DNA of 64,000 nucleotides from Rhodocyclaceae bacterium (GTDB lineage Bacteria > Pseudomonadota > Gammaproteobacteria > Burkholderiales > Ga0077523), in the NCBI GenBank assembly GCA_020248405.1, contig JADCHQ010000015.1, forward strand, positions 14,643 through 78,642, written 5' to 3'. Every line of letters starts with the position of its first letter. The stretch's first letter is position 1. Under the pieces are notes generated by a model, which searched no databases, was not told the origin of the DNA, and saw only the letters and a program-made list of their open reading frames with translations. Positions 50,354 through 58,949 of the stretch are shown in pieces. The position numbers and the translations under genes are program-made.

Positions 50354-51481
50354 TCAGTCGAACATCACGATCTGGCGCACGGTGTGGCCCGAGGCCAGGG
50401 CGTCGAAGCCTTCGTTGATGCGCTCGAGGGGGAGGTGGTCGCTCATGAGGCGGTTCACCGGCAGCTTGCCGCGACGGTACAGATCCACGTAGCGCGGCAG
50501 GTCGCGCGGCGGCACGCACGAGCCCATGTAGCTGCCCTTGACCGTGCGCTCCTCGGCGGTGAGGTTGACGTGCTGCAGAGGCCAGCGCGCATCGGGGTGC
50601 GGCAAGCCGGCGGTGACCGTGGTGCCGCCACGTCGCGTGACGCGGTAAGCCATCTCCATGGCCTGCACCGAGCCGGCCATCTCGAAGCCGAAGTCCACGC
50701 CGCCGCCGGTGAGCGCCTTGGCCTTGGCAACCGCGTCGGGATCCTTGGCGTTGATCACGTCGGTGGCGCCAAGCTGGCTGGCAAGTTCGAGCTTGTCGTC
50801 GTGCAGATCGATGGCCACGATACGGCTGGCGCCTGCCACCGCGGCGCCCAGCAGCGCGTTCAGGCCCACCCCGCCCAGCCCCACCACCGCCACGCTGGCG
50901 CCCGCGAACACCCGGGCCGTGTTCAGCGCCGCGCCCACGCCCGTGAGCACCGCGCAGCCGAACACTGCCGCCTCGTCGAAGGGCAGCGCGGGGTCGATCT
51001 TCACCACCGAGCCGCGGTTCACCACGCAGTACTCGGCGAAGGCCGAGACGCCCACGTGGTGGTACACCGCAGCGCCGCCCTGGGACAGGCGCACGTGGCC
51101 GCCGATGAGGGTGCCGGCGTTGTTGGCGGCCTGGCCGCGCTCGCAGCGCGCCGGAAAGCCTTCCTTGCAGGGCATGCACTCGCCGCAGCTGGGCGCGAAC
51201 ACCATCACCACGTGGTCGTCCTCGGCCAGGTCGGTCACGCCCGGCCCGAGCGCGCGCACGACGCCGGCGGCCTCGTGCCCTAGCACCATGGGCGTCTGGC
51301 GCGGCCGGTTGCCATTGATGGTGGACAGGTCGGAGTGGCACAGCCCGGCCGCCTTCACCTGCACCAGCACCTCGCGCTCGCCGGGCGGGGCGAGCTCCAC
51401 CTCCTCGATGGACAGGGGCCGGCTGGACGCGTAGGGCTCGGGCAGCCCGGACTGGCGGATGACCGCGGCGCGGATCTTCAA
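50354..51481 (-). CDS. Zinc-dependent alcohol dehydrogenase (class III-like)
   Basis: The motifs GLCHSD, structural-zinc CGECMPC and Rossmann VVGLGGVG. Confidence 0.9.
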   Translation of the reverse strand: MKIRAAVIRQSGLPEPYASSRPLSIEEVELAPPGEREVLVQVKAAGLCHSDLSTINGNRPRQTPMVLGHEAAGVVRALGPGVTDLAEDDHVVMVFAPSCGECMPCKEGFPARCERGQAANNAGTLIGGHVRLSQGGAAVYHHVGVSAFAEYCVVNRGSVVKIDPALPFDEAAVFGCAVLTGVGAALNTARVFAGASVAVVGLGGVGLNALLGAAVAGASRIVAIDLHDDKLELASQLGATDVINAKDPDAVAKAKALTGGGVDFGFEMAGSVQAMEMAYRVTRRGGTTVTAGLPHPDARWPLQHVNLTAEERTVKGSYMGSCVPPRDLPRYVDLYRRGKLPVNRLMSDHLPLERINEGFDALASGHTVRQIVMFD

Positions 51482-51488
51482 GGCGGCC

Positions 51489-52235
51489 TCAGTAGGTTGC
51501 CCGGCCGCCGGAGAGATCGAACACGCCCCCGGTGGTGAAGGAGCAGTCCTCGGTGCACAGCCACGCCACCATGGCGGCGATCTCGGCCACCTCGCCGAAG
51601 CGCCCCATGGGGATCTTCGAGAGCATGTAGTCGATGTGGTACTGCTCCACCTGGTCGAAGATGGGGGTGCGCACTGCCGCGGGCGTGACGCAGTTCACCG
51701 TGACGTTGTTCTTCGCCAGTTCCTTGCCCAGCGACTTGGTCAGGCCGATGACCGCCGCCTTGGAGGAGCTGTAGGCCGAGGCGTTGGGGTTGCCCTCCTT
51801 GCCGGCGATGGAGGCGATGTTGACGATACGGCCGTAGCCGTTAGCCGCCATGTGAGCGGCGACGGTGCGGCACACGTAGAAGGTGCCGTTCAGGTTGATG
51901 TCGTGCACGCGCAGCCATTCATCCACGGGGTAGTCGATCACCGTGTGGTTGCGCCCCGCCACCCCCGCGGAGTTGACCACCGCGTCCACCTTGCCAAAGG
52001 CAGCGAGGGTCTGCGCGAAGGCCGCCTCCACCTCGGCGAGCCTGGTCACGTCCACCTTGCAGAACAGCGATTTCGGCGCCCCCAGGGAGGCAGCCCGCGC
52101 CGTGCCGTCGGCGGCCTGATCCCAAATGGCGACCGAGGCGCCCGATGCGGCCAGCCGCTGCGCAACGGCCAGCCCGATGCCCGAGGCACCCCCGGTGACG
52201 ATGGCCGAACGGCCCTTCATGTCCAGCGTGTTCAT
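51489..52235 (-). CDS. SDR-family oxidoreductase
   Basis: The motifs TGGASGIG, NSAG and YSSSK. ATG 52235 is preceded by GGGGGGAG. Confidence 0.9.
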   Translation of the reverse strand: MNTLDMKGRSAIVTGGASGIGLAVAQRLAASGASVAIWDQAADGTARAASLGAPKSLFCKVDVTRLAEVEAAFAQTLAAFGKVDAVVNSAGVAGRNHTVIDYPVDEWLRVHDINLNGTFYVCRTVAAHMAANGYGRIVNIASIAGKEGNPNASAYSSSKAAVIGLTKSLGKELAKNNVTVNCVTPAAVRTPIFDQVEQYHIDYMLSKIPMGRFGEVAEIAAMVAWLCTEDCSFTTGGVFDLSGGRATY

Positions 52236-52249
52236 GTGCGCTCCCCCCT

Positions 52250-52282
52250 AAAAAAATGACGCCGCGTCGAAGGCGCGCGGCG
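52250..52282 (-). terminator. Intrinsic-terminator-like hairpin plus U7 in the leader of the SDR operon (attenuator candidate)
   Basis: Minus strand reads CGCCGCG, a 9-nt loop, CGCGGCG, tca, TTTTTTT. The GGGGGGAG Shine-Dalgarno sequence and the SDR ATG follow immediately. Confidence 0.5.
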
Positions 52283-52301
52283 ATTCGTGACCAGGACCGG
52301 G

Positions 52302-52307
52302 ATTCTA
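52302..52307 (-). promoter_or_regulatory. Candidate -10 element (TAGAAT) of the SDR operon
   Basis: TAGAAT on the minus strand lies 19 nt upstream of the leader hairpin and 66 nt upstream of the SDR ATG. Confidence 0.4.
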
Positions 52308-52551
52308 GCGGAGCCCGGAGCGCGCCCACGGGCGCAAACTCCCTGCCCGGTCGCCTCGGCATGGGCGCCAGGCACCGCGCCCTCGGGCCCGCCATGGCTG
52401 CGCAGCGCGCAAGCTTTCAGGTGGGGGTAGGTGGCAGGCTGGGGCACGCCGGCTAGAAGTGCCCCCAGCGCGCCGAGGCTTTTCCTGGCGCACGAAATGA
52501 AGAAGTCCGTACCATTCACCTCCCGTCGCCAACCCCGCGCAATCCCCTGCC

Positions 52552-53784
52552 TTGTGCTCCACCGCCGCCCCATGGCGCCGCGCAGCCGTGAGAGCCGCGG
52601 CGATCGCCGCCTGCACCATCGCCGCGGGCGTCTCCCGGGCCGATTCGCAAGCTGGCGCCCAGAGCGGCCAGCGCGCCTTCGACACGCTCTGGAGCGTGGC
52701 GCCTTCGGCTTTCGGTACCTGGGGCCGCGGGCCCACCTCCAACGCCGAACGCTGCGGCGATTGCCACGTGGCGCCTGGCCAGCCTGCGGCGCCGCCGCTC
52801 GCGCGCCTGTCGGTGACGGACGCCCGCGGACGCTCCGCGCCCCATCCGGCCTATGGATCTCAGTTGCAGACCCTGGGTGTGCTTGGCCGCGTACCGGCAG
52901 AGGGACAGCTGCGAATCCACTGGCACACGCGTGCCGCGCGGCTGGCCGGCGGCGCGGTGGTGGCCCTGCGTGCCCCGCAGGCCGCCTTCGAGGCGCTGGC
53001 CTTCGGCCCGCTGGGCGCTGCCCGCGTATCGCTTCGGGTTGCTCCGTCCCTCGATGGCCTGGGGTTGCTCGCCGCCGTGCCCGATGCCGCCATCGAAGCG
53101 CTGGCCGCGCGGGCCGCGGCGCCAGGTGTCCACGGGCGCGTGCAGCGGGTGCGCGACCCGGTCTCCGGCGCGCCGGCCGTGGGCCGCTTCGGCCACAAAG
53201 CGGGCCAGCCCACGCTGCTCGCCCAGGCTGCTCTGGCGCTGCACGAAGACCTGGGCGTGACTTCGCGCCTGCACCCCGGGCAGAACTGTCCGCTGCCACA
53301 GCGCGCCTGCACCACTCAAGCGGCATCGGGCACTGCCGAGGCGGCGGACTCGATGCTCCATGACCTGGCGGCCCACCTGGCGGCCCTGCCGCCCGTGCCG
53401 CGCGCGGGCGGGGCGCCGCCCGAGGGCGAACGTTTGTTCCACGCCCTGGGCTGCGCCGCCTGTCATCGCCCCTCCTTGCCGGTGGCGGGCGTTGCGGGTG
53501 TGAGCGAAGCGCAGGCCTTCACGGACTTGCTGCTGCACGACCTTGGCGCGGGCCTGTCCGACGGACATGGCGAGCATTCCGCCAGTCCGCGGCATTGGCG
53601 CACCGCGCCGTTGTGGGGCCTGTCGCGCCGGCTGCACGCGGGCCTGCTGCACGATGGCCGCGCGCGCGATGCGCAGGAGGCGGTCCTGTGGCACGGCGGC
53701 GAAGCAGCCGCGGCTCGCCGCGGCTACGCGGCGCTCCCCGCCGAGCGCCGCGCCAAGCTGCTGCGATTCCTGGAATCGTTGTGA
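52552..53784 (+). CDS. DUF1111 di-haem oxidoreductase (putative peroxidase), copy 2
   Basis: Haem motifs CGDCH and CAACH. It can be aligned by eye to copy 1 (HPDYGDQLQTRGVPGVVPAEG versus HPAYGSQLQTLGVLGRVPAEG). The start is uncertain (TTG 52552 or GTG 52588) and has no clear Shine-Dalgarno sequence. Confidence 0.75.
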   Translation: MCSTAAPWRRAAVRAAAIAACTIAAGVSRADSQAGAQSGQRAFDTLWSVAPSAFGTWGRGPTSNAERCGDCHVAPGQPAAPPLARLSVTDARGRSAPHPAYGSQLQTLGVLGRVPAEGQLRIHWHTRAARLAGGAVVALRAPQAAFEALAFGPLGAARVSLRVAPSLDGLGLLAAVPDAAIEALAARAAAPGVHGRVQRVRDPVSGAPAVGRFGHKAGQPTLLAQAALALHEDLGVTSRLHPGQNCPLPQRACTTQAASGTAEAADSMLHDLAAHLAALPPVPRAGGAPPEGERLFHALGCAACHRPSLPVAGVAGVSEAQAFTDLLLHDLGAGLSDGHGEHSASPRHWRTAPLWGLSRRLHAGLLHDGRARDAQEAVLWHGGEAAAARRGYAALPAERRAKLLRFLESL

Positions 53785-54620
53785 CCGCCCGCTTGCGCAT
53801 CGCCGCCGCCCTGGCGCTTTGCATCGCCGCCGCATCCGCCCCGGCACAAAGCCCTCAGCGGCGGTTCGAGGACGTGCCGCCGGAGCGGCTCGTGGACTGG
53901 TACTACGCCTCCACCTTCGGCACCGGCGCCTACCGCATCGGCGACCGCACCGTATTCGTCGGGCGCCTGCCTCTGTCCTACAAGCTGCGCGAGCCGGACG
54001 AACAACAGTGGGGCATCAAGCTCAAGATGCCCGTGTCCGTGGGTGTGTACGACGTGTCCTCGGCCTTCTCGGACATCCTGTCCAGCAACTACGGCACGCT
54101 CACGGTGCTGCCCGGGGTGGAATTCGAGAAGCGCATGAACCCGCGCTGGAAGGTACGGCCCACGGCGTCGCTGGGCTACGGCCAGGACGCGGCCAATGGC
54201 GTGGGCGCCGCCGTTTGGGAAGCGGGCGTGCGCAGCCTCTACAGCCTGCCCATGGAGCGCACCGATCTGGAAATCTCCAGCGCCGTACTCTTTGCCGGTT
54301 ACGAGAGCCGCCCCGCGCGCCAGAAACTGGGCATCCTCGGCCTGGGCCTGGGCTGGATCCTGCCCACCGGCAAGGACCTGTGGGGCCAGCCCACCAACCT
54401 CGGCCTGCATTTCAATTACTACCTCTACTTCGACAGGCTGGACTTCTTCCTCGACCCCCAGGGCCGGCGCACCGTGCCGCAGCAGTTCGAACTGGCCATG
54501 ACCCTGGGCACCTACCAGCCGCTGAAGATCTTCGGCTTCGAGACCGACCGCATCGGCGTGGCCATCCGCGGCGGCGAAGGCCTGCTGGCCATTCGGCTGG
54601 TGAGCGGCTTCCTGTTCTGA
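53781..54620 (+). CDS. Hypothetical exported protein, predicted outer-membrane beta-barrel
   Basis: GTG 53781 overlaps the DUF1111 stop as GTGA. Signal peptide VTARLRIAAALALCIAAASAPAQS, alternating hydrophobic strands, and a C-terminal beta-signal ending ...AIRLVSGFLF. Confidence 0.6.
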   Translation: MTARLRIAAALALCIAAASAPAQSPQRRFEDVPPERLVDWYYASTFGTGAYRIGDRTVFVGRLPLSYKLREPDEQQWGIKLKMPVSVGVYDVSSAFSDILSSNYGTLTVLPGVEFEKRMNPRWKVRPTASLGYGQDAANGVGAAVWEAGVRSLYSLPMERTDLEISSAVLFAGYESRPARQKLGILGLGLGWILPTGKDLWGQPTNLGLHFNYYLYFDRLDFFLDPQGRRTVPQQFELAMTLGTYQPLKIFGFETDRIGVAIRGGEGLLAIRLVSGFLF

Positions 54621-54769
54621 TCCGCGGCTTCCTGGCCGGCCCTGGTGCGTTGACCGCGAAGAAGGCACTCGCCATCGCGAGCCGGCTGTGGCTTCGAGCC
54701 GCGGGGGCGCGTTGACGCGCGACGCGCTTTCGGTGAACCTCGAAGCACTTTCCTCCCCGAGCCGCCAAG

Positions 54770-56170
54770 ATGCCCTCCACCGACCTGCACGAACTCGAGA
54801 TCACCGAAGCCGCGCATTTGATCCGCAGCCGGGAGCTCTCGCCCGTGGAGCTCACCGAGCACATGTTGCGGCGGATCGAGCAGCTCGAGCCCAGGCTGCA
54901 TGCCTACGCCCTGGTGACGGCCGACGTGGCCCGCGAACAGGCGCGCGCCGCCGAGGCCGAGATCGCGGCCGGCCGTCACAAGGGGCCCCTGCACGGCATC
55001 CCCATCGGCCTGAAGGACCTGCACTACACCCGGGGCATCCCCACCGCCGCGGGCATGCGCATTCACCGCGACTTCCGCCCCGCCTTCGACGGCACGGTGG
55101 TGCGGCGGCTGCGCGAGGCGGGCACGGTGCTGCTGGGCAAGCTGCAGCTAACCGAGGGCGCCTTCGCCGACCACCACCCGGACGTGGTGGCGCCGGTGAA
55201 CCCGTGGGGCGCCGAACTCTGGTCGGGCGCATCCTCCAGCGGCTCGGGTGTGGCCATGGCCGCCGGGCTGGCGCTGGGCGCCACCGGCACGGACACGGGC
55301 GGATCCATCCGCTTTCCCTGCGCGGCCAACGGCGTGACGGGCCTGAAGCCCACCTGGGGACGGGTATCGCGCCACGGCGCCTTCGAACTCGCCGCGTCCC
55401 TCGACCACATCGGACCCATGTGCCGCAGCGCCGCCGACTGCGGCGCCATGCTGGCCGCCATGGCAGGGCCCGATCCCGACGATCCCACGGCCGTGCACCT
55501 GCCAGTGCCCGACTATCTGGCGGCGGACGCGAGCCACCTGCGCGGGGTTCGCATCGGCGTGGACGAGGACTGGAACGGCCTCGGGGCGGACACACCCACG
55601 TTGCAGGCGCTCGGCGATGCGCAACAAGCGCTTGCCTCGCTGGGCGCCCACATGCGGCGCGTGAAGGCGCCCGACAGCGATCCGGTGGTGGCCGACTGGA
55701 GCCCCCACTGCGCGGTGGAAACCGCCGTGGCCCACGAGGCCACCTATCCGTTGCGCCGCGACGCCTACGGCCCGGGACTGGCCGGCCTCATCGATCTGGC
55801 GCGCGAGGTTACCGCAGCGCGCTACCAGAAGATGCTGCTGCGGCGGCGGGACTATGCGGGCCGGCTGGAGGCCCTGTTCCAGGATGTGGACTTGCTGCTG
55901 GTGCCCGCCCAGCCCGTCTCCTTGCTCACCATCGCCCGCAAGGAAGCCATGGTGGGCTCGCCGGAAGCGCTGGCCTTGCTGCTGCGCTTCACGGCCCCCT
56001 TCGACATGAGCGGCAGCCCCACCATCACCCTGCCCGGCGGCATCACGCCCCAGGGCACGCCCGTGGTCTTCCAGCTGGTGTCGCGCCACTTCGCCGAGGA
56101 CCTTCTGGTGCGCGCTGGGCGCGCCTTCCAGCGCGAAACCGATTGGCATCGCTGGCGGCCCGCGCTCTGA
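54770..56170 (+). CDS. Amidase (amidase-signature family, GatA-like)
   Basis: The motifs GPLHGIPIGLKDL and GTDTGGSIRFP, which contain the Ser-cisSer-Lys signature. Confidence 0.9.
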   Translation: MPSTDLHELEITEAAHLIRSRELSPVELTEHMLRRIEQLEPRLHAYALVTADVAREQARAAEAEIAAGRHKGPLHGIPIGLKDLHYTRGIPTAAGMRIHRDFRPAFDGTVVRRLREAGTVLLGKLQLTEGAFADHHPDVVAPVNPWGAELWSGASSSGSGVAMAAGLALGATGTDTGGSIRFPCAANGVTGLKPTWGRVSRHGAFELAASLDHIGPMCRSAADCGAMLAAMAGPDPDDPTAVHLPVPDYLAADASHLRGVRIGVDEDWNGLGADTPTLQALGDAQQALASLGAHMRRVKAPDSDPVVADWSPHCAVETAVAHEATYPLRRDAYGPGLAGLIDLAREVTAARYQKMLLRRRDYAGRLEALFQDVDLLLVPAQPVSLLTIARKEAMVGSPEALALLLRFTAPFDMSGSPTITLPGGITPQGTPVVFQLVSRHFAEDLLVRAGRAFQRETDWHRWRPAL

Positions 56171-56193
56171 CGCCGGCGCTTGGCGGAGCACCC

Positions 56194-57717
56194 ATGAGCA
56201 TCGCCCACTTCCTGCAAGCCGCCGCGCGCCGGCATGGCGGCGCGCCGGCCGTGACCGACCGGCGCGGCACCTGGCGCTACGGGGAGTTTTTCGATCGCGT
56301 GTCGGCCACGGCCGCGTGGCTGCGGGCCCAGCGTGGGGCGGTGCCGGGCGCGCGCGTGGCCATCGCCATGGAAAACTGCGCCGGCTACCTGCAGGTGCTG
56401 TGGGGCTGCTGGCACGCGGGGCTGTGCGCGGTGCCCATCAACGCCAAGCTGCACCCGAAGGAGTTTGCCTACATCCTGGCCAACTCGGGCACGGTGCTGT
56501 GCCTCGCGTCCCCGGCGCTGCACGGCGGCATCGCGGCTGCGCTGGAATCGGACACCCGCGTGCTGGAGGCCGACGACGCGTTGTTCGACCGCATGGCCAC
56601 GGCATCGCCCATGGCGGTGGCGGAGCGCGCGCCCGCCGACCCCGCCTGGCTGTTCTACACCAGCGGCACCACCGGCCGCCCCAAGGGCGCCGCGCTGTCG
56701 CACCGCAACCTGGGCTTCATGGCCCACGCCTATACGGCCGACATCGACCGCCTGGACGAGCGCGACACCATTCTGCATCCGGCGCCGCTGTCCCACGGCT
56801 CGGGACAGTACGCTGTGCCGCACGTGGCGCACGGCTCGCACAACGTGATTCCCGAAAGCGGGCACTTCGAGGCCGGCGAGACCTTCGCACTGATCGAGCG
56901 CCACGCCAACGTGTCGATGTTCGCCGCGCCCACGCTGGTGGTGCGTATGCTCAACGACGCCGGCATGGGGCACGCCAGGCTGGACAACCTGAAGACCATC
57001 ATCTACGGCGGTGCGCCCATGTACGTGAGCGACCTAGAACGCGCCCTTGAGGCCTTCGGCCCGCGCCTCTATCAGCTCTTCGGCCAGGGCGAGAGCCCCA
57101 TGACCATCACCGGCCTGGACAAGCGCGCCCACGGGCTGCGCGAGTTGCCGGGACACCGCGAGCGGCTGGCCTCGGCGGGCTGGGCGCGCACTGGCGTGGA
57201 AGTGCGCGTGGTGGACGAGGACGATCGCGACCTGCCCCTGGGCGAGGTGGGCGAGATCATCACCCGCAGCGACTGCGTGATGCTGGGCTACTGGGAAAAC
57301 CCCGAGGCCAACGCCCGGGCGCTGCGCGGCGGCTGGCTGCACACGGGCGATCTGGGCGCGCTCGACGCCACCGGCATGCTCACCCTCAAGGACCGCTCCA
57401 AGGACATGATCATCTCCGGCGGCATCAACATCTACCCGCGGGAGATCGAGGACGTGCTGCTCGGTCATGCGGGGGTGCGCGAGGTGGCGGTGGTGGGCGC
57501 GCCACACGCCGACTGGGGCGAGGAGGTGGTGGCCTTCGTGGTGGCGCAGGCGGGCACGGTGGTGGACGCGGCCGCGCTGGACGCGCGCTGCCTGGCGCAC
57601 ATCGCGCGCTTCAAGCGGCCCAAGCGCTACGTGTTCGTGGAGGCGCTGCCGAAGAACAACTACGGCAAGGTGCTCAAGCGTGCACTGCGCGGACAACTCG
57701 CCGCGCCCCCGGGCTGA
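56194..57717 (+). CDS. AMP-dependent acyl-CoA synthetase/ligase
   Basis: YTSGTTGRPKG, GEIITRSDCVMLGYW, and a C-terminal lysine in NNYGKVLK. Start re-picked at ATG 56194. Confidence 0.9.
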   Translation: MSIAHFLQAAARRHGGAPAVTDRRGTWRYGEFFDRVSATAAWLRAQRGAVPGARVAIAMENCAGYLQVLWGCWHAGLCAVPINAKLHPKEFAYILANSGTVLCLASPALHGGIAAALESDTRVLEADDALFDRMATASPMAVAERAPADPAWLFYTSGTTGRPKGAALSHRNLGFMAHAYTADIDRLDERDTILHPAPLSHGSGQYAVPHVAHGSHNVIPESGHFEAGETFALIERHANVSMFAAPTLVVRMLNDAGMGHARLDNLKTIIYGGAPMYVSDLERALEAFGPRLYQLFGQGESPMTITGLDKRAHGLRELPGHRERLASAGWARTGVEVRVVDEDDRDLPLGEVGEIITRSDCVMLGYWENPEANARALRGGWLHTGDLGALDATGMLTLKDRSKDMIISGGINIYPREIEDVLLGHAGVREVAVVGAPHADWGEEVVAFVVAQAGTVVDAAALDARCLAHIARFKRPKRYVFVEALPKNNYGKVLKRALRGQLAAPPG

Positions 57718-57860
57718 GCGGTGGACGGCATGCGCCGTTGCGCCGCACAACGCATGCTGCGCCGCGCCGTTGCATTGGCTGCTGACGGAGGATTAGCATG
57801 GCTCGGCTGCAAGCACTGCGGTTGAGGCCGTATCTGTCACTGCTCATGAGGGGGTGAACC

Positions 57861-58013
57861 ATGTGCTTCGAGTTTGACTGGCTGTACTGGGCGCAGTTGG
57901 CACAGGAGGAAGAACAGCGCCGCGCCGCGGCCGAGCAGGTGGAGGAGCGGCAGCAAGCTGCCGCGGCCGCCAGGGCCCAGCCCTCGCCCGCTCAGGAACC
58001 GGCGCACGCTTGA
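57861..58013 (+). CDS. Unannotated 50-codon ORF encoding a small acidic protein
   Basis: It encodes MCFEFDWLYWAQLAQEEEQRRAAAEQVEERQQAAAAARAQPSPAQEPAHA. GAGGGGG lies 7 nt upstream of the ATG and an intrinsic terminator lies 33 nt downstream. The ORF is below the track's size cutoff. Confidence 0.45.
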   Translation: MCFEFDWLYWAQLAQEEEQRRAAAEQVEERQQAAAAARAQPSPAQEPAHA

Positions 58014-58045
58014 GCGCCGCACCCCGGGGCCCTGTCGCCCCGTCC

Positions 58046-58077
58046 GGCCCCGCCCTTGCGCGGGGCCTTTTCATTTT
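58046..58077 (+). terminator. Rho-independent terminator after the 50-codon ORF
   Basis: GGCCCCGC, a 6-nt loop, GCGGGGCC, followed by TTTTCATTTT. Confidence 0.75.
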
Positions 58078-58089
58078 CACCGGTTCATC

Positions 58090-58932
58090 ATGATCCTCAT
58101 CACCTGGAACGTTCAGTGGTGCCGCGGCGTGGATGGCCGCGTGGACCCTGCGCGCATCGCCGCCACGGCACGCGCGCTGGCGGACTTCGACGTGCTCTGC
58201 CTGCAGGAGGTGGCGGTGAACTTCCCCGGCCTGAAGGGCAGCCGCGGCGAAGACCAGCCCGCCGAACTGGCCGCCGCGCTGCCCGGTTACCAAGCGCTGT
58301 TCGCGCCCGCCACGGATTTCGCCGGCGGCCAAGGGCGCCGCAGCCAGTTCGGCAACCTGATCCTCACCCGTCTGCCGGCCCTGCAGGTGTTCCGGCACGC
58401 CCTGCCCTGGCCGCCCGACGCTGCGGTGCCCAGCATGGCGCGGGTGGCGCTGGAGGCAGTGCTCGCCACACCGCTGGGGCCGCTGCGCGTGATCACTACC
58501 CACCTGGAGTACTACTCGGCAAGCATTCGCATGGCCCAGGTGCACGCACTGCGGTGCCTGCACGACGAGGCCTGCGCCCACGCCCACGCGCCGCGCCCCG
58601 ATGGCGACCCTGGCGAGCCCTTCGCCGTGCAACCGCGGCCCGTGTCGGCCATTGTCTGCGGCGATCTCAACTTCAAGCCCGAAGACCCCGAGCACGCCCA
58701 GATGAGGGCGCCCTTCCCCACTGGCGCACCGGCCTTCGTGGATGCCTGGCAGAGCGCACACCCTGGCCAGCCCCACCCGCCCACGGTGGGCGTGCACGAC
58801 AAGTCGTGGCCGCTGTACTGCTGCGACTTCGCCTTCGTGACCGAGGCGCTGGCGGGGCGCATCCGCGGCATGGGCGTGGAAGCCGGCACCGATGTGTCGG
58901 ATCACCAGCCCCTGGTGGTGGCGTTCGCCTGA
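58090..58932 (+). CDS. Endonuclease/exonuclease/phosphatase (EEP) family protein
   Basis: The motifs MILITWNVQW, LCLQEV, GDLNF and SDHQPLVV. Start re-picked at ATG 58090. Confidence 0.85.
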   Translation: MILITWNVQWCRGVDGRVDPARIAATARALADFDVLCLQEVAVNFPGLKGSRGEDQPAELAAALPGYQALFAPATDFAGGQGRRSQFGNLILTRLPALQVFRHALPWPPDAAVPSMARVALEAVLATPLGPLRVITTHLEYYSASIRMAQVHALRCLHDEACAHAHAPRPDGDPGEPFAVQPRPVSAIVCGDLNFKPEDPEHAQMRAPFPTGAPAFVDAWQSAHPGQPHPPTVGVHDKSWPLYCCDFAFVTEALAGRIRGMGVEAGTDVSDHQPLVVAFA

Positions 58933-58949
58933 AACCGCCGGGCAGGCAA

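Noticed and set aside
52496-52560. ATGAAGAAG (MKKSVPF...) as an attractive start for DUF1111 copy 2, which would imply a frameshift
   Set aside because: It is in a different frame from the DUF1111 body. Its translation (…TSRRQPRAIPCLVLHRRPMAPRS…) has no signal-peptide character, whereas the in-frame TTG/GTG starts give a plausible signal sequence. There is no evidence for a frameshift.
54604-54634. An 11-bp direct repeat, GCGGCTTCCTG, occurring twice 20 nt apart across the stop codon of the beta-barrel gene
   Set aside because: It is too short and isolated to call a repeat element. The first copy simply encodes the C-terminal SGFL residues, so it is probably a chance or micro-duplication event.
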